The position numbers and the translations under genes are program-made. Below, one piece after another: positions 1-9,024 of a stretch of 48,396 bases of DNA; the first letter of the stretch is position 1, and every line of letters begins with the position of its first letter. The DNA is from Vitrella brassicaformis CCMP3155. Lineage: Eukaryota; Protista; Chromerida. Under the pieces are notes generated by a model. That model was not told where the DNA came from. It was given only the letters and a program-made list of their open reading frames with translations, and searched no databases. The stretch lies in NCBI GenBank assembly GCA_001179505.1, contig CDMY01000577.1, forward strand, positions 1 to 48,396. The letters are read 5' to 3'.

Positions 1-175
1 GTGAAACGAGCAGCAGAACCAAACATAATACCGTCTGGCCAGTTACCCCTGGCCAGAGCCCAGGGAGATACCCGCTTTCTTAGGTAGCTTCGTGAAACGG
101 AGCCTACTATTCTAGCGGAAGCCCAACGCCATAGCGTTAGGCAGACTGGGTCTTTCCAAAGCGAAAAGACTCTGA
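1..175. other. Densely structured segment with 5-6 hairpins, cut by the window edge; possible ncRNA or element terminus, identity unknown
   Basis: Stems read by eye: 34-42/49-57 (perfect 9 bp), 63-65/71-73, 72-76/114-118, 84-92/98-107, 121-129/134-142, 148-155/165-172. No family motif recognised. Confidence 0.3.
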
Positions 176-436
176 CTCCATCTGCTTGGTCATCAACTAC
201 TCTACCAGCAACCTGAGCACGCTATTTATCCGACATGTCTTTTCGTCCTTCTCGAGATTCATATGCGAGCTTAGCCAACAAAACAGCCCGGCAAAAGAGG
301 TATCTGCGCAGTTAGCGTTCTCTGGGTTGCAGCGCAGAGGGGACAATACCAACGATGTCTGTCGTGAAGATCTTCCGATCGGTACGCAAAATCACGGTGC
401 CGCCGCCTCCTTTCGTTCATCGTTCAGTATCTTCCC

Positions 437-1645
437 GTGATGTGCGTGCAGGATCTGCCCAAGAAGGATCAGAAGTTCGTGCGCGACGCCATCGTCGCGC
501 TCGACGAGCAGCTGCGGCTCAACACCAAGGATGGACGTGTGGACCCCCGGGCAGATGAGTTCGCCGCTGCCATTCAGCGAGTGCTCGACAAGCGATTCCA
601 GCCCTCGTTCCACGTGCTCGTCGGCTTCGGCACACAGCTGGGCTATGCACTCAAGTATCGGCCAGGCACTATGGGCCTATTCCGGCTGAATGAGACCACC
701 GTGCTGGTCTACAAGAGCCCACGAGTAGAGATCCTGCCGAGTGGACGGGTGGCTGGTGCGCCGAGCGACCCGGCAGCGCCGCACAGCGAAGAATATGGCG
801 CGTCTAGGACAGGTACACATACAAGGGAAGAAGGGACAGGAATGAGCCAAGAAGCGCCCAGCTGATGTGTTCGTATCGCAGATAGTGGTGCCACTCCTGC
901 AGAGGACGACAGCAGAGAGGATGGATCTCCTGGCGGCAAGCGCATCAGAGTGGTGGAGGCCTCACCCGACCCAGATGACCAGGACAGCCCCGCCAGCTGT
1001 GCCGTCAAGCGGGCGCTCTCCATTGTCACTCAGCGCGTCAAGACTGAGGACACCAAGGACTTCCAGCTGCTTGCACAGGAGGTCAGGCGGCAGCTGACGG
1101 ACCAGCTGGGCCCCATATGGCACGTCATGGTGGGGAGGGACTTCGTCACGTGCCGCCCCAAGGGGTGCCGGAGCTATCTGCTGCTGCAGTGGGGCAGGCA
1201 TCGCGTGCAGTGCTACCAGCATGAGCAGGGGGCGTCGCAAGGGGGGCTGCTCGGGCTCATGATGAAGGGCGACATGTGGGGCTTTGTGACCTTCCTGGCC
1301 ATGGTGCTCTTCTTTCTCGTGCTCACTTTTCGGAAGCAGCTGTGCGGTGTGAATGCGGTGGAGATCCCGAGCGACTTTGGCATCGTGGGCACCATCCTCA
1401 CCGACATATATCGCACGTAAGGCTTGGGGACGGGAGATGGAGGGATGGAGGGAGGGGCACAGAGAGAGACGCACAAGCATTGACGCCCCTTTGCGCTGTG
1501 TTTGTGTGTTTGTGTGTGTGCGTGTGTGTTTCTGGGCAGTGTGTGTTCGGAGGCGGCGTCAGACGTGCTGCTGTTCGGTCTGTTCGTGCTCTTCGTCGCA
1601 TCCATGGCCATGAAGTTCGTCAAGGCCAGAATGAAGAGGGAGTGA
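437..1645 (+). CDS. Tandem dynein light chain type 1 (LC8)-like domain protein with two C-terminal transmembrane helices (3 exons)
   Basis: Introns 813-881 and 1417-1539 (GT-AG) join the ORFs in frame. Two LC8-like segments: 'DEFAAAIQRVLDKRFQPSFHVLVG' and 'QLLAQEVRRQLTDQLGPIWHVMVGRDF'. Hydrophobic segments 'MWGFVTFLAMVLFFLVLTF' and 'VLLFGLFVLFVASMAM'. Ends KARMKRE-stop. Confidence 0.75.
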
Positions 1646-2468
1646 TGCGCTGATGGCCGGCTTTTCGCTGAAATAAGGCATTGGTGCATATTTGTGCTGT
1701 GTGAGCGACAGCCGTACCCAGTTGCGGGAATCACACACACCAGTTGCGGGAATCACAAACCGCTGATCAAGCAGAGGGGCGAACGACAATTGTGACAGGC
1801 GGTGGTTGGTGGGGGTAGCTGTCTGAATGTGTTTTAGTTTGGCCGCCAGGGGCAGCACGGAGGGTGGGGAGCTTTCTGCCATGGCAATCCAATCTGCTCA
1901 GCGATGCGTGGCTATGTAAATGGACCGTACAAATGCCTACCACACTTCATCGTGGTACCATGCCACATGGGAGCATTTCAGCGTATCTGTGAAGACAGAG
2001 TCCATCCGTCGATCACCAATGTACGCACAGGGAGGGCAGCCATCGCTCAGCCATGAAAGTACGCACACTTCGACAGGCGGAGGGGGGCGGGGACGCAGCG
2101 GCATCCAACACCTATGCGTCAATCGAAACCTGCCTGCCTGCCTGCCTGCCTCTCGTCTGGTCCGCATGTGTGGTTGCTCATTGCCAAAGAAAGAGTGTTG
2201 GCTGTCAGGAAATAGAAAGAGGGAGTCCGATGCCCATACAAACAAAATCACCTACGCTAGTATACATGCTCCATACAAAGAAGCAACCCCAACTGATCCA
2301 ACCCTACCCCTGCGTCGCTCTCCAGCATAGGGTAGGCCGCCCACTGCGCCGCATTCGGTGCCAGCAGAGAGACAAACGTCCATGTGCCTGTGAGGCAGCC
2401 CTTCCCATTCTCACCTTGAAGTCACTGTCCATTGCACGCAACCGCTTCACGCACCGATAAAGCTGTTC

Positions 2469-2867
2469 ATGGGGCTCTTGAAGGTCTGTGCTGTGACTGT
2501 GTTGCTCTTGGTCGCCTCCCGACCAGAGTGAATCTGCCACACAAAGTGAACGCAGACAGGCGGCCGCTGCTTGTACCCATTCACGCGCAGATGTGTCTCT
2601 ACCTGGTCGTTGAACAACGAGGACGCCCCTGCCGACGGACTGGCTCTGGTCTGTTCGCCACGAAAAGGGAGTTGTCGAAGTTGACCTCTCCGTCAGCTCA
2701 AACTGAATGGGCGACCTTATCGGCCACCGTGATGACAACTTCCGTGACATTTTCTCGGTCGACTCCTGCCTTCACAGCTTGTAGATGACGAGAATGGAGT
2801 TGTCGTTGATCCACTGAGAGCCCAGCTGGGCGGCGCGCCACCCACATTGGCAAACTCTAGCGCCTGA
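2469..2867 (+). CDS. Possible small secreted peptide (~68 aa, 3 exons), unknown function
   Basis: MGLLKVCAVTVLLLVAS looks like a signal peptide. Two GT-AG introns give a consistent in-frame model ending LVDDENGVVVDPLRAQLGGAPPTLANSSA-stop. No homology recognised. Confidence 0.25.
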
Positions 2868-3238
2868 GGCGCGGCCGCTATCACGATGTGCTTCCCATAG
2901 GACCCAGCCTGCCAAATCTCCCTCACCTGCAGTGACCCCTTGCGAAGGAGGCTGTGTCCAGCTGTTCGAGAGGAGGAAAACGGAGAAGGAAGGGTCGAGG
3001 GTCTGGGTTTCAGGGTTCGTTCGGCTCGCATTTCCGGAGGTTGGCGCTGAATGCAGCCCAGATGCTTGAGCAGCCGTGGTTGCGGTGGTTTAGCTTGGTG
3101 GTAGAAAACACTGCAACTTTCCCAAATCCTGAAACACGGTCAGCTGGATACTCGGGATGTCATCTACCTCCCTCTCCTCTCCTTTCTCCCGCGCACGATC
3201 TCCATGAATGCAGGTAGTTACCCTATCGCAACAACAAC

Positions 3239-6200
3239 ATGGATAGACAATGGATGAGGAGCGAGAAATGCCAGCGTGAATGGCGCAGGGGTCGGTCAGT
3301 GTGGGGTACGTGGTGGTTATCTGGGTTGCTGCTGCTGCTGATCCTGCCCGGGAGCAATGCATGGTCGGCGGCAACCACTGCTGGCCATTTGCAGTGGGCG
3401 CAAGTGACTTCGAGGTCTCCTCTGTGTGTGTTATTTCCATCAGGATGTTGGTATCGAAGGAGGGAGAGATCACGCTCCTTGGGCCTGTCGATATCAGTAA
3501 GCACACGCTACACGTCCTCATGCGTCGTCCTCCTCTGGGTGTATGTGTGTCTGAACCATTCATTCCAGACCCATCGTACACCACATCACGGCTGTCCTTC
3601 AAGAACGCCGGCGTACGTCAGTGGGACCTATATAACGATGCCACCAATCGTTTCAGGATCCGCAATACGGATCAAATCGACTACCTTACGCTATCTACTG
3701 CCGCCCTGTCCATTCTCAACGCAGCAGAGCTCGGCAGCACGCTGTGGGTGGAAAAGATGGCTACTATGGGTTCTGAGCTGTCCGTCAGGATGAGGACAGA
3801 CTTGGGATCGACACTGTCGCTGCACAACTATGCGGAGCTGGGCAGCAGCTTGTCGGTGCGATCTTACACTCGCCTGGGTTCCACATTGTCGGTCAGAGGT
3901 CGGTCGGTGTTTCATGCTGCCGTCTCCCTCGTCGATTCTGCGTTGGTCGGGAGCTCTATGTCTGTCAAGGAGTTTGTGCGCCTCGGCCGAAGTCTTTCCG
4001 TGTTCGACGTCGCGCAGATAGGGCGAACTCTTTCGGTGCTTGATATGACAACTATTGGCTCTTCCCTCTCTGTCCAGTCATTTTCTCGCCTGGGCAGCAG
4101 CCTGTCGGTCTACGGAACGGTCCGGTTTGGGTCTTCTTTATCAACGCTGGACTTCGCGCTTCTCGGTAGCTCCCTATCTCTGCGCGGGTCCGCACAATTC
4201 GGGTCGTCTCTCTCCATCCATGGCTCCACTACGGTGGAAGGAGCAATGTCGATTCATGACTTTACTCTGCTGGGCAATTCACTGTCTGTGATGGAGTACG
4301 CTTACCTCGGCAACGTCCTGTCTGTCTATAACCGAGCCGATATCGGCAGCAGTTTGTCGGTGACCAGCTTTCTCGACGTCGGCAGCAGCCTCAGTGTGGC
4401 TTCTTTCAGTCGGCTGGGGTCCTCCTTGAGCGTTTACGGAATGGCTCGGTTGGCGTCTTCGTTGTCGGTGCTTGATTTTCTCTTGTTGGGAAGCAGCCTT
4501 AGCGTGAGAGAATTTGCCCGACTGGGAAGCAGTCTATCACTCAGAAGCTTTGCGCAACTGGGGAGCAGCTTAAGTGTCGTTTCCTTTACGAGACTCGGCT
4601 CATCCATGTCCGTCTTCGGCCTGATGAGACTTGGATCGGCGCTCTCTGTCCTAGACGACATTAATATCGGAAGTTCGCTCAGCCTGCGATCGTTTGGGCG
4701 ACTCGGTTCCACCTTGTCAGTTTATGGCATCGCTAGACTGGGCAGCGCTCTGTCAGTGCTCGACAACGTAGCACTGGGCAGCAGTATAAGTGTTCGCTCA
4801 TTTGGAAGGCTTGGTTCGTCCTTGTCAGTTTACGGCATCGCTAGAATGGGAAGCAGTCTATCAGTCCTCGACAACGTCACTTTAGGTTCTTCTCTCAGTT
4901 TGAGGTCCTTTGTGGACTTCGGATCATCTCTCAGTCTTCAGTCTTTCGGGCGTCTCGGGTCTTCGTTGTCGGTTTTTGGCATTGCAAAGCTCGGAAGCGC
5001 TCTTTCGGTTCTCGACTATGTGGGGCTGGGGAGCAGTTTGAGCGTACGGAGTTTCGTTCAGCTGGGGAGTTCGCTATCACTGAGATCATTTGCGCGTTTT
5101 GGAAGTGGGCTGTCTATCTATGGGTATTCAGCAATGAAAGGCATGCTGTCTATCCAAACGTACACTGGCAAGACAGTTATGTATACCAAGGATGGAGCAG
5201 CTTATGGAGGCAGGCTTATTGGCAACTGGATTCTCGATGAGGTCTTCCCTTTCAGTCTTTCTGTGGCGTCGTACACTATAATTGGAAGCTCCCTGTCATT
5301 GCGAAACTTTGCAAGACTCGGTGCAGACCTTTCTGTCTGGGGTGTGGCGCGTTTGTCCTCAACTTTAAGCGTCTTGGACAACGTAGCACTGGGGAGCAGT
5401 TTGAGCGTGCGGAGCTTCGTGGAGCTGGGGAGTTCGCTATCACTGAGATCGTTTGCAAGAATGGGTGACACTTTGTTTGTGTTCGGCTTGGCCCGTCTCG
5501 CCAGCACCCTGTCCGTATTGGACTCCGTGGAGCTGGGAAGTTCGCTATCACTGAGATCCTTCGCGAGAATGGGTGACACTTTGTCGGTGTTCGGCTTGGC
5601 CCGTCTCGCCAGCACCCTGTCCGTATTGGACTCCGTGGAGCTGGGAAGCTCGCTATCACTGAGATCGTTCGCGAGAATGGGTGACACGTTGTCGGTGTTC
5701 GGCTTGGCCCGTCTCGCCAGCAGCCTTTCCGTATTGGACTCCGTGGAGCTGGGGAGCTCGCTATCACTGAGATCGTTCGCGAGAATGGGTGACACGTTGT
5801 CGGTGTTCGGCTTGGCCCGTCTCGCCAGCAGCCTTTCCGTATTGGACTCCGTGGAGCTGGGAAGCTCGCTATCACTGAGATCGTTCGCGAGAATGGGTGA
5901 CACGTTGTCGGTGTTCGGCTTGGCCCGTCTCGCCAGCACCCTGTCCGTATTAGACTACGTGTCTTTGGGCAGTTCTTTATCTGTCCGTCAGTTTGCATAT
6001 CTTGGCAGCACACTGTCTGTTGAAGACTCATCGACATTCAACAATGTTGAAATCCGCGGTACTTTGAATGTCGTCAGTGGAGCGACCCTTAATCTACAGG
6101 CTGGTTCGACATTCATACTGGATTCTAGCAGTCCGGGGGCGGTCACAATGGATACAACTGCTTGCAGTGTTATCCACGCCAGCGGTTGCAATAGTTCATC

Positions 6201-7592
6201 AGACAGACGACTGAAGAAGGCTATTCAGTCAGTGGAAGTTTATCTTTCGTCGGCTTCCCGTTCTGGGAGGCAGCAATTCTCGAGAAGCAAACGGAACCTT
6301 TCAGTTGTCTCGTCGGGGGATCGTGACAGCGTCGAGCATCTTATCGACAGGTTGCACCCCGTCAAGTTCGAATGGAAACAGGTACACATACGCCTCGTCA
6401 AGAAGCATCACAAATGGTCTATGCTGTGCAGACTCAAGAAGGCATCAAGGGATCGAATAGAGTGCACTTCGGCCTCATAGCGCAAGTCAGCATGCTCTTG
6501 ACCCAATATCCATTCGCCACTTTGCTCTGTCTTCAGGATGTGGCAACTTTGTTGCCTGAAGTTGTCTCAAAGGAACCCAGGACGGGCACATTGAGGATTC
6601 GCTACATGGTGTGTGTACACTCGACAAACGAGAAATCACATAAGGATCGATACAATATGTTGCTGCTCGTAACCATCAGGACTTGATTTCAATTCTTTTG
6701 GAGAGTGCCAAGCGGCTTAATCGTCGTCTCCGGGTATCTGCATTGCAGCAATGAAAAGGCAATCTTCATTTGTTTCCTTACTTGTCGCGGGTCGCAGGTA
6801 ATGGAGCGACAAGTTTCCAGCCTGCACTCCCCCGTGACCGCCCAATATGCTAATACCACAACGACTCCACGACCACCTGATGGCCCGATCGATACAGCAG
6901 TCAACCACCTCAACGCGCCTATGGACGCCCTCTCCTCTTTTTCTCCAAGCAAGCTTTTGTCTTGCCTCACAACTAACAGCACCCATGTGTCTCGGCGTCA
7001 TCCATTAATACTTTCAGTTGAGCGTCGTCTCAAGAGAACAGCAGTACATCTAAGGCATGTCTTCCAGAGGGAGGTGAGATATCTCTTGGCTGCTGTGAAG
7101 GCAAGTAGGTACCGCAAGATTGTCCACTCTGGCCTTCTTCATCGCATCCATGCTTGGGAGAAGCGGACTCCAAGTCTTCAACAGTTAGAACGACCGGCAA
7201 CAACACCTTTGGGTCCCGGAAGACGTAGACGGAGCTCGTTCGATGGCAGGTGGTGGTGGCCATGGAGAATATCGCAGCCCCCAAGCGTGGTTATGCTTAG
7301 GCGATATGCGAGTGAGAGAACGGTTGAGAGGAGAGAGGTCGACACTGTCAAGTCGCTGAGACGCAGGATGGACGACGACATCGTAAGGCGGCATAGTGAA
7401 GAGATTCGGCAGCTCAAGAAAGAGACAACGCGTCAGAATGAAGAGGTCACGTCACTGAAGGAACAGATCAGGCGACAGGAAGAAGAGACTAGGTTGCTCA
7501 AAGAGCAGCTGAAATCTCTTCTAACCTGGCAAGCCTCCTCTTTGCGCGCGCCAGCGCACGATGATTATACACGTGAGGAGGCACCACGATGA
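3239..7592 (+). CDS. Secreted 12-residue-repeat (predicted beta-solenoid) protein with a C-terminal Peptidase_S74/ICA autoprocessing chaperone domain and coiled coil; tail-fibre-like architecture
   Basis: Signal-like 'WWLSGLLLLLILPGSNA'. Introns 3394-3443 and 3497-3568, then a ~2.8-kb exon of LGSSLS[VL]xxxxx repeats. S74 motifs: SDRRLKK (6199-6219), RLHPVKFEWK, then after introns FGLIAQ-DVATLLPEVV and Y-MDLISILLESAKRLN. Late coiled coil 'EEIRQLKKETTRQNEEVTSLKEQIRRQEEETRLLKEQL'. The 3' end is approximate. Confidence 0.8.
5419..5958 (+). repeat. Intragenic tandem array of 5 near-identical 108-bp units (36 aa = 3 x 12 aa)
   Basis: Units start with gtggagctg at 5419, 5527, 5635, 5743 and 5851. 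Peptide unit VELGSSLSLRSFARMGDTLSVFGLARLAS[TS]LSVLDS. Confidence 0.95.
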
Positions 7593-8020
7593 TGTGGCGA
7601 GACAGCCTCTGCTTGTCGTCATATACTATATAATCGGTGTGTATGCTGTACAGTCATTATCATGCCTTTCGACAATTGCAATTGTGTGATGCAATTGAAT
7701 TTGTACAGTCAACTTCGTACCGTATTTGTACGGGGCAGTTGTGTATGTGGGTCAGCTGGGCTGAATCACTCTGTACACAGTCAAAAATGGGTTAGATAAC
7801 CTGGTCACCTCCCAAAGAGACTCAAATCACACCACCAGGGCGGAACAAGTGCAAAACCAGACAGGGCCCCCAACGGAAAAACCCGCTGCCCCATGCACTA
7901 AACCGGGCCTTTGCAATTGGAGAAGTGGGTTTTGGAGGCAGAAAACTGAGTTTCGGCTGTGTATGAGTTCGACTACAGATGTGTATGAATTCGACTTCAA
8001 ACTCTGAAGGATCTGTTTTA

Positions 8021-8086
8021 ATGCGTGTGTTGACTGTTTTGCTCTGGTCTGTGAGTCCCACCAGAGCAAGACAGTCACATCAGCAT
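8021..8086. other. Long intergenic hairpin (18-bp core stem)
   Basis: tgactgttttgctctggt (8031-8048) pairs with accagagcaagacagtca (8060-8077) with one G-U pair; 11-nt loop; weaker extension to 8021/8086. Confidence 0.6.
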
Positions 8087-8185
8087 GCATATATACACCC
8101 AAGAAACCCCCCGCTAGGCAGAAAATAAAACAGTAAGTATCCACTTCCCCTCCTTCCCCCTTGGCCTTTGCTGAATACATCAATG

Positions 8186-8800
8186 TCATTCGCTGTCCCA
8201 CCTTGACTCATGCACCGGCTCGCCTTGGCTATCGAACTCAGATACCCTCCCCGTCCGGATTGATCGATACAACAAGGTAGAAAGGGGCGACGAGCCCACC
8301 CATCCATTTACATCCGCACTTTGTACATGGCGAGACTGGTCGCCCCTTACGCGGAGGCAAGGCAGATGTTGGTTGTCCAGCACAAACGTCAAAGGCGAGT
8401 AGCCACATTCGGGCGTCGAGCAGATCGTCGAATCAGCATCATCTGCAGGGCAACGCAGATCTCGCCTCCAACACCTTTGCAAGCTCCTAACACACGCACG
8501 CGAGGGACCGAGGAGAACAGAAGGACGCCCAATGAATGCGTGAAGCGGACGTCTCTTTCCCTGTGGGGCCGCTCTTGAGGTCCGAGGTGAGGCCCGAGAT
8601 GGTGATGTTGCGCTTCTTCACCATCAGCCGACACGCATTCACACACTCTCACCTGAATGAACACCACACACACACACACAGAAGCATTGCACACATTTAC
8701 CCCGCCTATGCATTTAGGGGCGGTCAATAGGCGCCACTCTCAAGGTCTTACCTGCGCATACTCACTTCTGCACGCGCTCTGCATGTATGCACTTGGTGCT
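8186..8800 (-). CDS. Possible coding exons of an unidentified minus-strand gene
   Basis: Splice-like signals and a C-ending codon run (LMVKKRNITISGLTSDLKSGPTG, ~8560-8630). No consistent full model could be built. Confidence 0.2.
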
Positions 8801-9024
8801 GTTACACAGAGTGCAGACGAATCGCCAATCCCGCGGCAGCTGTTTTCGGAGCTGCCTCTCTTCACTTCCTCACCCAGATCTGACGAATCGCCAGGCACAC
8901 AAGCACCCTCAAGCTTTTATTGCTTGTGCAGATCGTCGATCGGCAGATCTGCGAGCTTTTTCCAAAGGAAGGCATTTCCTCCCCCTCTCCCCCCCCGACT
9001 GAACAAGGCGTGAAGCAGCGGACC

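Noticed and set aside
1-20. SRP helix-8-like (gaaacg-agcag) or hammerhead-like (gaaac...gtc) motif
   Set aside because: Only a few bases match, the needed upstream half is outside the window, and the downstream hairpins do not fit either fold.
1718-1757. 22-bp-period tandem duplication ccagttgcgggaatcaca
   Set aside because: Two copies in a 3' UTR or intergenic region; ordinary slippage.
5419-5958. CRISPR-like array
   Set aside because: The units are contiguous, in-frame coding repeats with no unique spacers, no cas genes are present, and the context is eukaryotic.
4434-6037. Long minus-strand repetitive ORFs (4434-4712, 5202-5939, 5276-6037)
   Set aside because: Antisense shadows of the + strand repeat gene; their periodicity comes from its 108-bp units.
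3239-7592. Prophage or endogenous virus around the S74 gene
   Set aside because: No capsid, terminase, integrase or polymerase genes nearby; the gene has spliceosomal introns and a signal peptide and sits among ordinary nuclear genes.
7706-8037. acagtcaac / gttgactgt as Tc1/mariner-type terminal inverted repeats
   Set aside because: Only 9 bp, no TA target duplication on the right, and the right copy is part of the local hairpin.
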